Virus record (IMG/VR): IMGVR_UViG_3300017917_005108
Coordinates: 98,498-162,497 of that record
Origin: a virus
Length of the DNA: 64,000 nucleotides
Direction: 5' to 3' (one strand)
This document shows, piece by piece, positions 28,738 to 38,874 of this stretch. The notes under the pieces were generated by a model that ran no database searches, was not told the origin of the DNA, and saw only the letters and a list, made by a program, of their open reading frames with translations. Positions within the stretch are counted from its first letter, which is position 1, and every line of letters starts with the position of its first letter. The translations under genes were made by a program, and so were the position numbers.

Positions 28738-30522
28738 ATGGCGGACTCTAATCGCGAATCTACATTTGGAAGAGATTTAATGAAGTTTGTTTCTTCTAAA
28801 TTACCGTACCAATCTGTAGATACTAATGCAAAAGTAAATCAGTTAAACCCAAAGTATGAATTGTTTTATAATCAAACTACAAAGTTTAATGATGCTTTAA
28901 CAAGACAGTCTATCTCTAACTCTACTGTTTATTCTGATGACATGTTTGCAAATGTTATCAAGAATAAAGATTTTCATGAATTCATGTATGCTAATATACA
29001 ACCTGATAAAGGTAGAAGGCTCATGGATTATAGAGTCATGGCTGCTTTTGCTGAAGTTGCAGATGCTTTAGATGAAATTTGCGATGAATTTATTAATAAA
29101 GATGAAAATGGCGAAATTGTAAAAGTGCTTTTTAAAGATTCTGATTTATCTGAAACACAAAAAAATGAAGTAAGAAGAGAGTTTCAAAAATATATAGATC
29201 ATTTTGATTTAGAGACTAAGGGATGGGAGTACTGTAGACACTTGCTTGTTGATGCAGAGTTGTATTGGGAGCATATAGTCCATAAGGACCATAAAGATAA
29301 AGGTGTATTAGGAGTACTACAAATTCCCTCTGACACAATTGATCCTATCTATCAAAATGTACAGAATATGGATGTAAAGGGATTCCTGCTCCGTAAGCCA
29401 ATTTATGATTCTAAGAATCCAGGTAAGGTTGTAAAGACAGAATTAATTCCTCTCGATTTAAATCAAGTCTCATATGTAAATTCTGGTATATGGAATGAAT
29501 CTAAAACCATTCGTCTACCTTTCATTGAGAATGCAAGAAGAGCATATAGACAATTATCACTCATAGAAGATAGTATCGTTATTTACCGCTTAGTAAGAGC
29601 ACCAGAGCGTTTAGTATTCAATGTAGATGTGGGTAATATGGCTCCTCCTAAAGCAGAAGCATATTTACGTAAACTAATGACTCAATACTGGTCAAAGAGA
29701 ACTTACGATGCAGATCAAGGCTCCACTGTACAGAAGTTTAACCCTCAATCAATGCTAGATAGTTTTTGGTTTGCAAAAAGATCTGGCAGTGAAGGTACAA
29801 CAGTGACAACTTTACCGGGCGGACAAAATTTAGGTGAGTTGACAGATTTAATGTATTTTGTAAAGAAACTTTATAAGAGCTTAAAAGTACCTGTAAATAG
29901 ACTTAACCCTGAAGATGTTTATAACGACAGTGCCAACATTTTAAGAGAGGAATTAAAATTTGCACGCTTTGTAATTAGACTACAGCAGAGATTTGCATCA
30001 GGCTTGAAGCCCGGGTTTATAACCCACTTAAAATTAAAAGGCATTCTCGATAAATTAAAATTAAAAGAACATAATTTGGAATTGTTTTTTAACGTACCTA
30101 CTAACTTTTATGAGATAAGAGAAAATCAAAAGTTTCAATTAAAATTTGAAAACTTTAATAATATTACTCAAGGTGATCTAGTTTCAAAAACATTTGCTCA
30201 GAAAAAATATCTTGGATGGAATGATTCAGATATTATGGCTAATAGAGAGTTCTTAAGAAAAGATAAAGAATTTTTATGGGAGCTAGCTCAGATTGAAAAC
30301 AGCGGTCCTAATTGGAGAGAGATGGGTGAAACTGTCCCAGCAGAAGGTGGAGCAGGTGGCGGCGGCGTAGGCGGAGCTGGAGCATCTACACCCCCAGAAT
30401 TTGGACCTACACCTGAAGCACCAGCAGGTGGCGGTGAAGGCGAAGCTGGTGGAGGTGAGAAAGCTGCTGGTGGAGCTACAGAAACACCTGGTGGCGGTGA
30501 AGGTTCTGCTCTACCATCTTAA
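28738..30522 (+). CDS. gp20: Portal protein (T4 gp20-like)
   Basis: YR.MA...EV.DALDEI, IEDSIVIYRLVRAPERLVF.VDVGN..P.KAE.Y, TLPGG.NLG, L.VP..RL; Gly/Glu-rich C-terminal tail. Confidence 0.97.
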   Translation: MADSNRESTFGRDLMKFVSSKLPYQSVDTNAKVNQLNPKYELFYNQTTKFNDALTRQSISNSTVYSDDMFANVIKNKDFHEFMYANIQPDKGRRLMDYRVMAAFAEVADALDEICDEFINKDENGEIVKVLFKDSDLSETQKNEVRREFQKYIDHFDLETKGWEYCRHLLVDAELYWEHIVHKDHKDKGVLGVLQIPSDTIDPIYQNVQNMDVKGFLLRKPIYDSKNPGKVVKTELIPLDLNQVSYVNSGIWNESKTIRLPFIENARRAYRQLSLIEDSIVIYRLVRAPERLVFNVDVGNMAPPKAEAYLRKLMTQYWSKRTYDADQGSTVQKFNPQSMLDSFWFAKRSGSEGTTVTTLPGGQNLGELTDLMYFVKKLYKSLKVPVNRLNPEDVYNDSANILREELKFARFVIRLQQRFASGLKPGFITHLKLKGILDKLKLKEHNLELFFNVPTNFYEIRENQKFQLKFENFNNITQGDLVSKTFAQKKYLGWNDSDIMANREFLRKDKEFLWELAQIENSGPNWREMGETVPAEGGAGGGGVGGAGASTPPEFGPTPEAPAGGGEGEAGGGEKAAGGATETPGGGEGSALPS

Positions 30523-30534
30523 TAAATAATATAG

Positions 30535-31611
30535 ATGGCATGTACAGAGATCACCCCTATTTCAGCATTCCAGAGTACCAATCTTAACAGTAAGATTGCT
30601 TCTTTTTCAAGGCTTTCCGAAAGAATTATGAGAGCTCTAGGAGCTCCAATGATAAATGTAGAAATTCATCATGATCAATTATTTGAAAATATAAGTCTTG
30701 CCTGTGAAATGTTTACTAAATTTGCAGGGTACACAGAAGAATATTTGGTATTTGATTCAGACTTATATGTTGATGGTAAGGGAATAAAACTTGACGCTCT
30801 CTTTAGTATTACACCTTATTTTAATAAAACAATAAACCCATCTCCAACAGTATATGTTGCTAATTCTTCCATACCAGGTTCAGCATTTATAACATCAAAT
30901 CTGCTTAGTAGTACTTACGTTGATGGTATTTTTAAAAATCAAATTATATCATCAACAAACTATCTTTCAGTCATAACATTTAATTCAAATTTAGCTCAGT
31001 ATTTTACAAACTCATCAAACTCTCAAGAGAAGTTTGTTAATAGTTTTGACTATGATGTAATGGATTATAGAAAAGTAATTGACATATACGATTTTGAAGA
31101 AGGAACAAGCACAGGTATTAACACTCTGTTCACAATTGAACAAACTCTAGCCCAGCAAACTTATTTTAGTTATGCAATGGGTAATTATGGATTTGATTTA
31201 ATCAGCTGGTATGTTTTAAAGAATTGGCTAGAAACAAGAGAAAAAGTTTTAGCACAAAGAAGATACTATACTTTTGATGAGCGCACTCAATACATGGTTT
31301 TATTTCCACCTCCAAGAACTCCAGGATCTGGATCAAGATTTTACGGCGTTGTTGCATGTTATGTTGAGAGGCCTTTAAGAGACATTATTAAAGAGCAATG
31401 GGTTTATCAATATGCATTAGCTCTATCAAAAATTACTGTTGGTAATATTAGAACAAAATATTCCGGTACTAATCTATTTGGTGGCGGTCAGATCAATGGT
31501 ACAGATATCCTCTCACAAGGACTAGAGGAAAAATCTAAACTAGAAGAAATGATACAAACAGGTCCTCCAGGTTTTGGAGATGCTTCACCTCCTATGTTCT
31601 TTGTAGGTTAA
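30535..31611 (+). CDS. gp13: Neck protein (T4 gp13-like)
   Basis: LGAP.INVE, W...YALAL.K...G..R.KY....L.GG..ING, PP.FFVG. Confidence 0.9.
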   Translation: MACTEITPISAFQSTNLNSKIASFSRLSERIMRALGAPMINVEIHHDQLFENISLACEMFTKFAGYTEEYLVFDSDLYVDGKGIKLDALFSITPYFNKTINPSPTVYVANSSIPGSAFITSNLLSSTYVDGIFKNQIISSTNYLSVITFNSNLAQYFTNSSNSQEKFVNSFDYDVMDYRKVIDIYDFEEGTSTGINTLFTIEQTLAQQTYFSYAMGNYGFDLISWYVLKNWLETREKVLAQRRYYTFDERTQYMVLFPPPRTPGSGSRFYGVVACYVERPLRDIIKEQWVYQYALALSKITVGNIRTKYSGTNLFGGGQINGTDILSQGLEEKSKLEEMIQTGPPGFGDASPPMFFVG

Positions 31612-31612
31612 A

Positions 31613-32074
31613 ATGTTACCTCTTAAAAAAGACGATAAATACAGGCAAGGTTTGTTTAAACCAAAAAATACACAAAAGTATGTTGGCCGCGGAATGCCTG
31701 TTTATAGAAGTGGGTGGGAATTAAAATTTTTTAGATGGTGTGATGATAATCCTAATGTAGTTGAGTGGGCTAGTGAGAGCGTTATTATACCCTATACAAA
31801 TCCTATAGATGGAAAAGTACATAGATACTATACTGATGGTGTTATAGCTATAAAAGAGTTAGATAAGATTGTAAAGTATATTATAGAAATAAAGCCAAGT
31901 AGTCAGCTAAGCGCACCTGTTAGAGGAAGAAAGAGACAAAATACAGTTTTATATGAAAACTATAGATATGTACAAAACCAATCCAAATGGAAAGCAGCTA
32001 AAACGTGGTGCGAGAAACATGGTTATAAATTTTTAATATTGACTGAAAAAGAGTTAGGACTAAGTAAAAAGTAA
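31613..32074 (+). CDS. gp4: Head completion nuclease (T4 gp4/TnsA-like)
   Basis: G.FKPKN..KY.G, YRS.WE, W.SE...IPY, HRYY.D, EIKP, N..KW.AA, F.ILTE. Confidence 0.93.
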   Translation: MLPLKKDDKYRQGLFKPKNTQKYVGRGMPVYRSGWELKFFRWCDDNPNVVEWASESVIIPYTNPIDGKVHRYYTDGVIAIKELDKIVKYIIEIKPSSQLSAPVRGRKRQNTVLYENYRYVQNQSKWKAAKTWCEKHGYKFLILTEKELGLSKK

Positions 32075-32095
32075 CAAGAAAGAATAAATATTTTT

Positions 32096-32761
32096 ATGTC
32101 CCTAAGGCTTATTGTCGAAACACCTCAAGATAATACTGATTTTGAGTATATCTACGAAGAAAAAAATCATAAAGAACCATCCAAGCTGTTTATCTCTGGT
32201 CCCTATATGATGTGTGAAACAGTTAATAAAAATAAACGAATTTATTCCAGAGAAGACATGGAGAGGGAAGTCAGCAGATACATTAAAGAAATGGTTGAGA
32301 CAAAGAGAGCTATGGGCGAATTAAATCACCCTGAAAGCGCTGATGTTAACTTGGCAAATGCCTGTCATCTAGTAACATTAATGAAGATGGATGGTAATTT
32401 TGTTGTAGGTAAATCACAAGTACTTTCAACACCCTCTGGTAAAATTGTAGAATCACTTATTAAGGATGGTGTAAGAGTTGGAATGTCTTCTAGAGCTTTA
32501 GGCGAATTAAAAGAAGAAAACGGTGTTAATAAGGTTAATAATATGAGACTTATTGCAGTTGATTGTGTTGCCGATCCATCTTGTCCAAAAGCTTTCGTAA
32601 ATGGTATTCTAGAAAGTAAAGAATATGTTCTAAAGGATAACGGTGAACTAGAAGAACACTATAATAAATTTGAAAAAGCTATGAGCAAGTTTCCAAAGCA
32701 TGATGTTGAATCATATCTTAAAGAACAGTTCATTAATTTTATTAGAAAAATTCAACATTAA
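32096..32761 (+). CDS. gp21: Prohead protease (T4 gp21-like)
   Basis: NKNKRIY, GELNHP, TPSG, GMSSRALG, D.VADPS...AFVNGILE. Confidence 0.95.
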   Translation: MSLRLIVETPQDNTDFEYIYEEKNHKEPSKLFISGPYMMCETVNKNKRIYSREDMEREVSRYIKEMVETKRAMGELNHPESADVNLANACHLVTLMKMDGNFVVGKSQVLSTPSGKIVESLIKDGVRVGMSSRALGELKEENGVNKVNNMRLIAVDCVADPSCPKAFVNGILESKEYVLKDNGELEEHYNKFEKAMSKFPKHDVESYLKEQFINFIRKIQH

Positions 32762-32776
32762 CACTAAATATATTAT

Positions 32777-32947
32777 ATGGAAAAGAATACACCTGAGAAC
32801 ACTAATTCTGAAAAAAACAGTATTTTGAATTTAATTAAGAATATTTCTCAGAAAAATTATTCCGAGGCAAATAAATATTTACAGGAGGTTGTAAATTCTA
32901 AATTAAAAGATAGAATTAAAACAGCCGCCGAGAATAAATTATATTAA
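32777..32947 (+). CDS. Small prohead core protein (gp67-like), 56 aa
   Basis: Manual translation MEKNTPENTNSEKNSILNLIKNISQKNYSEANKYLQEVVNSKLKDRIKTAAENKLY; TAAATA-N6-ATG; sits between gp21 and gp22. Confidence 0.6.
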   Translation: MEKNTPENTNSEKNSILNLIKNISQKNYSEANKYLQEVVNSKLKDRIKTAAENKLY

Positions 32948-32948
32948 T

Positions 32949-33824
32949 ATGAGCAAAATCGTCGACGTACTAAAAGAAGCTACAAAAGATATTCTCTCAG
33001 AGGAAACACTGAAAGAAATAGAAACAGTTTTTAATACCGCTGTAAATGAAAGAGTAGAGTTACACGTTAAAAAAGCTCTAGAAGATCAGGATACAGATTA
33101 TGCTTCTAAACTTGAAAAATTAGTTGAAGCTATTGATACTGATCATACAGAAAAACTTCAGAAGGTTGTTGAAGCTATCGATGCTGATCGCACAAACAAG
33201 CTCAAGATGGTAATTGAAAAATATGAAACTGCTCTTCAGAATGAAGCAAATAAATTTAAGGGCGATCTAGTAAATAAAATTTCTAAGTATCTAGATTTAT
33301 ATCTAGACGAAAAACTTCCCGTTACAGCTGTTAATGAAGCTGTAAAAAATAAGAGAGCATTAAATGTTCTCAATAGTCTAAGAAATACACTAGCAGTTGA
33401 TATGGCTCTTTCAAAAGAGAGCATTAAAGACGCTGTTGTAGAAGGTAAGAATAGACTTGATGAAGCTGCTAAGCAGCTTGAAGCCTCAAATAAAGAGCTT
33501 AATGCATTAAAAGCAGAGCTCACCAAAGTTAAGGCAGAACTCACTCTTGAAAAGAAAATTCAAGGGTTAAATGATGAAAAGAAAGCATATGCAAAGAAGA
33601 TGCTATCTGGAAAATCAGAAGAGTTTGTTAAAGAAAACTTTGATTATACTTTGGGGCTTTATGAAAAAACAGAAGAGGAAGAAGTTGCTTCTATTAAAGA
33701 AGAAGCAATTAAAAATACAGTAGCTTCTAAAGTTGACAGACCAGTAATTACTGAATCTGTCAAACAAGAAGAATCTCCTGATTTTGCTTTCAACGCCTAT
33801 CTAGGCGAGCTTAAGAAATATTAA
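32949..33824 (+). CDS. gp22: Prohead scaffolding protein (T4 gp22-like)
   Basis: Acidic coiled-coil with YLD.Y.. motif, immediately before the major capsid gene. Confidence 0.85.
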   Translation: MSKIVDVLKEATKDILSEETLKEIETVFNTAVNERVELHVKKALEDQDTDYASKLEKLVEAIDTDHTEKLQKVVEAIDADRTNKLKMVIEKYETALQNEANKFKGDLVNKISKYLDLYLDEKLPVTAVNEAVKNKRALNVLNSLRNTLAVDMALSKESIKDAVVEGKNRLDEAAKQLEASNKELNALKAELTKVKAELTLEKKIQGLNDEKKAYAKKMLSGKSEEFVKENFDYTLGLYEKTEEEEVASIKEEAIKNTVASKVDRPVITESVKQEESPDFAFNAYLGELKKY

Positions 33825-33901
33825 TTTCTTTTTTCTGAGACAATAACAGTCTGAACAGAATTTATTAGGTCGACAAATATAGAAAGATCTATTTATACAA
33901 T

Positions 33902-35392
33902 ATGTCAAAATCTATTCGTCCTTCACAGTCTTACATCAGTGAGGATCGCGCAAAACTACTAGTTGAAAAGTGGGCTCCAGTATTGGATTACACTTCCGCT
34001 AATGTAGCTGCTATCGAAGACGATCACACCCGTTTGAATACTGCTATTCTCTTGGAAAACCAAGAGAAGTGGTGCATGGAGGCTTCTAATACCGCTGCCC
34101 CCGGTTCCGTTCTCGGTTCCTGGACAAGCAATGCCGGTGTTATTCCTTCCCAGTCCGACGCAGGATACAATCAGGGTGACTACCGTCTTCCTAAGATCCT
34201 AATCCCGATGATTAGACGTACCTTCCCTGAGTTGATCACTAACGAAATCGTTGGTGTTCAGCCCATGAGTGGTCCGGTTGGACTCGCTTTTGCCCTACGT
34301 TATAAGTACGAAGCTTCAGCCCTCGGCGCTCAGACCAGCCCCGCTGCTATTGACGGTTCACTCTCCAATGGCACAAACGCTGGTCCCTCCATTGATACAG
34401 GCGTAGAACTCGGTTATCAGTATCTCGATACTAGATTTACCGGTGCTTCTTCCGCTGCACTCTCTGGTGACGCCGCAGGTCTATTCCCAATGCTTGCCAA
34501 TGATCAGGGTGTTGCCCGTTTGCTCGGTAATTTCGAGTTAACAAGCAATATTCCTCAGATCGTTGTAAGCTTTGAGAAGACTGCTGTTGAAGCTGGTACT
34601 CGTAGGCTAGCAGCCCGCTGGTCCGTCGAACTCGAGCAGGATTTGAAGAACATGAACGGTATCGATATCGACACTGAGCTCACAAACGCTATGTCTTATG
34701 AGCTACAGGCTGAAATCGATCGTGAAATGATCATCAGAATGATTCAGACAGCTCTAAACGGTGGCTACGGCCGCGGTTTCTCTGTCTGGTCTCCCGCTTC
34801 TGCAGACGGTCGTTGGCTCGTTGAGCGCAACCGCGACTTCTACCAGAGACTAATCGTTGAGGCTAATCGTATTGCAGTTCGTAATCGCCGTGGTTCCGCC
34901 AACTTTGTTGTCGCAACTCCTCGCGTTTGCGCTATCTTGGAAATGCTCCCTGAATTCCAGTGGGTACCAGTCCAGGGTAATGTCAATACACAGCCCGTCG
35001 GTGTCGCTAAGGTAGGTACGCTAGCTGGTAGATTCAATGTATATCGTGACACACGTACAGAGGCTCAGTTTGAAGCCCAGGCCGGAGGCAACTTCGGCGG
35101 CAACGGTGCATTCCCCACCTCCGGTGGTTATTCCCGTAGCACACGTCTAGAATATGCTCTCCTTGGTTACAAGGGTCCAGAATTCTACGACACTGGTATC
35201 ATCTACTGCCCTTACATCCCTGTCATGGTACAGAGAACAATTGGACCCAATGATTTCGCTCCTCGCGTTGGTCTATTGACCCGCTACGGGGTTGTCGATA
35301 ACATCTTTGGTGCCAGCTTGTACTACCACGTTATCATCCTACAGGGTCTTGGAACTGCGTTCCAGCCTGGTCTACAGTCTGTTTACTTCTAA
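33902..35392 (+). CDS. gp23: Major capsid protein (T4 gp23-like)
   Basis: KW.P.L, TAILLENQE, GVQPMSGPVGL.FALR, R.L.A.W..ELEQDL, EI.RE, YCPYIP, TRYG. Confidence 0.98.
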   Translation: MSKSIRPSQSYISEDRAKLLVEKWAPVLDYTSANVAAIEDDHTRLNTAILLENQEKWCMEASNTAAPGSVLGSWTSNAGVIPSQSDAGYNQGDYRLPKILIPMIRRTFPELITNEIVGVQPMSGPVGLAFALRYKYEASALGAQTSPAAIDGSLSNGTNAGPSIDTGVELGYQYLDTRFTGASSAALSGDAAGLFPMLANDQGVARLLGNFELTSNIPQIVVSFEKTAVEAGTRRLAARWSVELEQDLKNMNGIDIDTELTNAMSYELQAEIDREMIIRMIQTALNGGYGRGFSVWSPASADGRWLVERNRDFYQRLIVEANRIAVRNRRGSANFVVATPRVCAILEMLPEFQWVPVQGNVNTQPVGVAKVGTLAGRFNVYRDTRTEAQFEAQAGGNFGGNGAFPTSGGYSRSTRLEYALLGYKGPEFYDTGIIYCPYIPVMVQRTIGPNDFAPRVGLLTRYGVVDNIFGASLYYHVIILQGLGTAFQPGLQSVYF

Positions 35393-35456
35393 TTTTAGAA
35401 GTAGACGGGGTACTGAAAAAGAAAGCAATTTTCACCTGGTAAGTCCCAGGAACTTT

Positions 35457-35490
35457 AAAAAAGGGCCTCTTGCGGGGCCCTTTTTTTTTT
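35457..35490 (+). terminator. Rho-independent terminator after gp23 (potentially bidirectional)
   Basis: AAAAAAGGGCCTC-TTGC-GGGGCCCTTTTTTTTTT hairpin followed by a U-tract. Confidence 0.92.
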
Positions 35491-35524
35491 GTAAAATTAT
35501 AGACACAGGAGAATAAATATTTGT

Positions 35525-36049
35525 ATGGCCTTACTAACATCTTCACTCTCTTCTAAAGCTACTAATACTAGCACATACAACCCTGTTAACTCTGCTTTCA
35601 CTGGCACAGTGACTGTTTCCGGTCAAATTGACTCTGGATTTAATGGTTCCTTGTCTGGCAGCAGCTATGCCTTTAGCGGAACATTTAGTTACAGTGTAAC
35701 AGGTGCTGCTGGTAGCACATTAACAGCTAATGCAGATCAGTTGGTATTGACCATTCCTTATGCTGGTGGGTCAAATGTAGCTTATGGTACACTCAAGAGC
35801 ACCAGTGTTTATTACCCTGGTGCAAGCGCTGCAGATATTATTGTTGGTTTCAGCGCCCCCTTGAACAATACTACGGTTGGTATTTCTGCTAATAAAGTTG
35901 CAGCAACTCTTCCATCAAACAGTACTTACATCAATCAAATTGATGTGCCTTATAAGATAACAGGTGGTATTGATACTGCTCTAGGTGCAAATGCTGTTGT
36001 ATTTCGCACAGTAGGTGACTTCTTGAGGCTCTGGAACCTTAACGGTTAA
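35525..36049 (+). CDS. Ser/Thr/Gly-rich structural protein (possible head decoration)
   Basis: TAAATA-N5-ATG; directly after gp23; beta-rich composition. Confidence 0.55.
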   Translation: MALLTSSLSSKATNTSTYNPVNSAFTGTVTVSGQIDSGFNGSLSGSSYAFSGTFSYSVTGAAGSTLTANADQLVLTIPYAGGSNVAYGTLKSTSVYYPGASAADIIVGFSAPLNNTTVGISANKVAATLPSNSTYINQIDVPYKITGGIDTALGANAVVFRTVGDFLRLWNLNG

Positions 36050-36964
36050 TTATTGCCGGACTGTCTTGGTAAAATACTTTGTCTCATCAATAAGAGCTTT
36101 ATCTAATAAACTATAGTTACTAGCTCTTGTTGGGTTAATATCAATTCCACCACGTCTCACATACAAGCAACTAACAACTAGCTCCTCTGGATTAAATAAC
36201 CTAAACAAACGCATATAAATTGTTTCACAAATTTCTTCATGAAAGTGACATTCATCTCTAAATGAGACAATATACTGTAATAAAGAAGTAGGATTAATAG
36301 CATACTTACCTTTATAGTGAATATAAACATCACCCCAATCAGGCTGACTTGTTACTCTGCAATTTGACTTTAACAATGCAGAATGAAATCTCTGAACTGT
36401 AGAAACAGTGCTCTCTATGCCTAAAAGAATACCAGGCGTTTCGGTATAATGATTTGCTTTAATCATAGTAACATCAATACCATTCTCTAATGTAGGATAG
36501 TCCTTATTACTGAATACCGGGGGATAATATAGACTATCACTAATATCTTTTGTCAAACTAACACAAACTTTTACATCTGTTTCAAGCAATTGGGATAAGT
36601 CTTTAGCAATTGTATTCTGTAGCTCACCCAGAACAGTGGAAATAGAGCCCTTAAACTTTTGCATATTAAAGGAGTTCATATACAGTTTAATAGACTTTGA
36701 TTCTACAATATATTTGTTTTTACAAGGATAAACAATCTTAGCAATTGCAGCAATAGGCATACCTTCAGCTGTTAAGCAAGAGACCTCATATGCATTCCAG
36801 ATATCAAATCCTGAAAACGGTGCATTATCATCATTAATATCTAAATGCTTTCTATTATTAATTCTAGGCTCTCTAACTAAAAGAGATGGATCATAAGTGG
36901 ACTTATAGCCAGTTACTTTACCTAAATGCTTTGAAATGTTACTATTATCTAATACTTTGTTCAT
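36050..36964 (-). CDS. queF: NADPH-dependent 7-cyano-7-deazaguanine reductase (two-domain QueF)
   Basis: YDPSLL...PR, G.D.WNAYE.S.L, IVESKS.KLY.NSF, LLKSNCRVTSQPDWG, FHE..CE, Y.RRGGIDINP; start MNKVLD at 36964. Confidence 0.96.
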   Translation of the reverse strand: MNKVLDNSNISKHLGKVTGYKSTYDPSLLVREPRINNRKHLDINDDNAPFSGFDIWNAYEVSCLTAEGMPIAAIAKIVYPCKNKYIVESKSIKLYMNSFNMQKFKGSISTVLGELQNTIAKDLSQLLETDVKVCVSLTKDISDSLYYPPVFSNKDYPTLENGIDVTMIKANHYTETPGILLGIESTVSTVQRFHSALLKSNCRVTSQPDWGDVYIHYKGKYAINPTSLLQYIVSFRDECHFHEEICETIYMRLFRLFNPEELVVSCLYVRRGGIDINPTRASNYSLLDKALIDETKYFTKTVRQ

Positions 36965-37535
36965 GTAGTTTAATTTTAATCTGTTCCAAGCGTTCTTCAA
37001 CTGTTCCTTTTAAAATAATTACTCTATCTTTCCATGGAGATTGATTTAGATAATGACTCTCATACATCTCAATAATACTATTTCTAAATTCTTCATCTAT
37101 ACTCCTCTCACCATCATCTACTAAAGTTATTTCATGAGGATCCGGATAAAAAATAATATTATACATAGAATGAAACCTATACCAGTAATGTACTGCTTGC
37201 TGCCATACATGTTGAGTAACTAGTTTTTTATTATAAAAATATTCAGTAAAAACTAGCCCGTCTAATAAGCACCTATCATGTACTATACCCCTACAATTAG
37301 GCCACAATAATTCTTTTTTATATTTAAATAAATTCTCTAGTTCCTTGTTTATAATTAAAAGCTGTGTAACATCAGTTGCACCCTCTTCATTTATACTTAC
37401 GTTAAACTCTCTTTTAACTAACCTAGTAACCTCATCTATATACCAGAATTTATCAATTATACCCTTCTCCTTTTTCATCCTTTTTAGCAATGTCGTTTTA
37501 CCCGAACACTGCGGACCTGTAAACGTAATATTCAC
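36945..37535 (-). CDS. P-loop nucleotide kinase (AAA_28-like)
   Basis: ITFTGPQCSGKTT, DRCLLD, DDGERS; GTG at 37535 preceded by TATACT. Confidence 0.78.
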   Translation of the reverse strand: MNITFTGPQCSGKTTLLKRMKKEKGIIDKFWYIDEVTRLVKREFNVSINEEGATDVTQLLIINKELENLFKYKKELLWPNCRGIVHDRCLLDGLVFTEYFYNKKLVTQHVWQQAVHYWYRFHSMYNIIFYPDPHEITLVDDGERSIDEEFRNSIIEMYESHYLNQSPWKDRVIILKGTVEERLEQIKIKLHEQSIR

Positions 37536-37557
37536 TATCTTAGTATAACTGACTTTA

Positions 37558-37905
37558 TTACTTACACCACTTTTTTCTTTTAACAATTTCAGCTATAATA
37601 CAGTAAACTGCAGTATCTCCAAAGGCATCAAAAACAGGCTCATTTGCAGTTTCAAAAGTTTTCTTACGCAAAACCAAATTAATAAGCCTCTGAATTTTAT
37701 CGTTCAACCTAACTACTATAGCAGAAATAGAAGCAACAATATCTTCTTTTTTATGTAGATCTGATCCAAGACTGATATTATGAGGACCGTAATCAAATTG
37801 CTTTTTACAGAACAATTCATACTGCTCATTTTGAATTTTCTTAAATTCAGCACAAGTCTCAGGATACGTAGATTCTACAATTTTAATAAATTCTTCTGGA
37901 TTCAC
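37558..37905 (-). CDS. DUF1599/nucleotide-modification-associated domain protein
   Basis: LF.KKQ.DYG..NI, R.NDKI.RL.NL, E...D...D...Y. Confidence 0.8.
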   Translation of the reverse strand: MNPEEFIKIVESTYPETCAEFKKIQNEQYELFCKKQFDYGPHNISLGSDLHKKEDIVASISAIVVRLNDKIQRLINLVLRKKTFETANEPVFDAFGDTAVYCIIAEIVKRKKWCK

Positions 37906-38873
37906 AATCTAACCCCGTAGTTCACGTTACTTAAATTAAGCGCCTTCAAATTGCAACCACCTGCATAACTAATTGCACTCTGCAAGTCTTGAGTAATTTC
38001 TAATAATTTTTCTTCATACGTAAATGAATCTGTATCCATAAGCTTCATTGTACCCTCAATATTCTTTTTATCAATCTTGTTGTGTATACTAGCAGAGCCA
38101 TAATACTGCTTGTATCTTCTACCAGAAGAATCTTTTACTACTGGTGCAGGACTATCTGAACATGCAGCAAATATAGAACCACACATTACCATTTTAGCAC
38201 CTGCAACTAATGCCTTTGCGATATCACCATTACTGCGAACTCCACCATCTGCAATAATTGGTATACTATTACAAGACTCTTCTTTGCCCGCACATTCTAC
38301 AACACAACTGAACATTGGATAAGTAAATCCTGTCTTATCTTTTGTTGTACAAGCATAGCCTCCTCCAATACCCACTTTTACAGCATCAGCTCCTGCAAGT
38401 GCTAAATACTCTACACCATTTCTTGTTGCAATGTTGCCTGCTATAACTTTAGTTTTTGGCAGTGTATCTTTTATAAATTTTACTTGATCAGCAACTTTAG
38501 AATGGTGACCATGAGCAACATCAATAGTAATAAAATCTACTCTTAAATTATGATTTGCAATATTCGTTACTAAAGCCTTATCTTTCTCTTGAATACCTAT
38601 GCTAATGGAAACATTATTAAAAAATGCCTCGTTAGCATCCCTTACAAAGCCTAAGATATCATGATCAAAACGGTGCATAATATAAAAATAATACTTTGAA
38701 TCCAAAAGACGACAAATATCAAAATCAACACAGCATTTCATGTTTGCTGGTATAACAGGAAGGTGAAAATTTTTACCTAAAAAATTTACATCTGTGTCTA
38801 TTTGAGCTCTAGACTTTACAGAATTATAATTGGGCTTGAGAAATACATTCTCATAATGCAGTGAAATATCCAT
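37902..38873 (-). CDS. guaC: GMP reductase
   Basis: LPVIPANM, YIMHRF, TIDVAHGH, IAGN, KVGIGGG.ACTT, IIADGG, Y.GSAS, LQSAISYAG. Confidence 0.93.
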   Translation of the reverse strand: MDISLHYENVFLKPNYNSVKSRAQIDTDVNFLGKNFHLPVIPANMKCCVDFDICRLLDSKYYFYIMHRFDHDILGFVRDANEAFFNNVSISIGIQEKDKALVTNIANHNLRVDFITIDVAHGHHSKVADQVKFIKDTLPKTKVIAGNIATRNGVEYLALAGADAVKVGIGGGYACTTKDKTGFTYPMFSCVVECAGKEESCNSIPIIADGGVRSNGDIAKALVAGAKMVMCGSIFAACSDSPAPVVKDSSGRRYKQYYGSASIHNKIDKKNIEGTMKLMDTDSFTYEEKLLEITQDLQSAISYAGGCNLKALNLSNVNYGVRL

Positions 38874-38874
38874 G

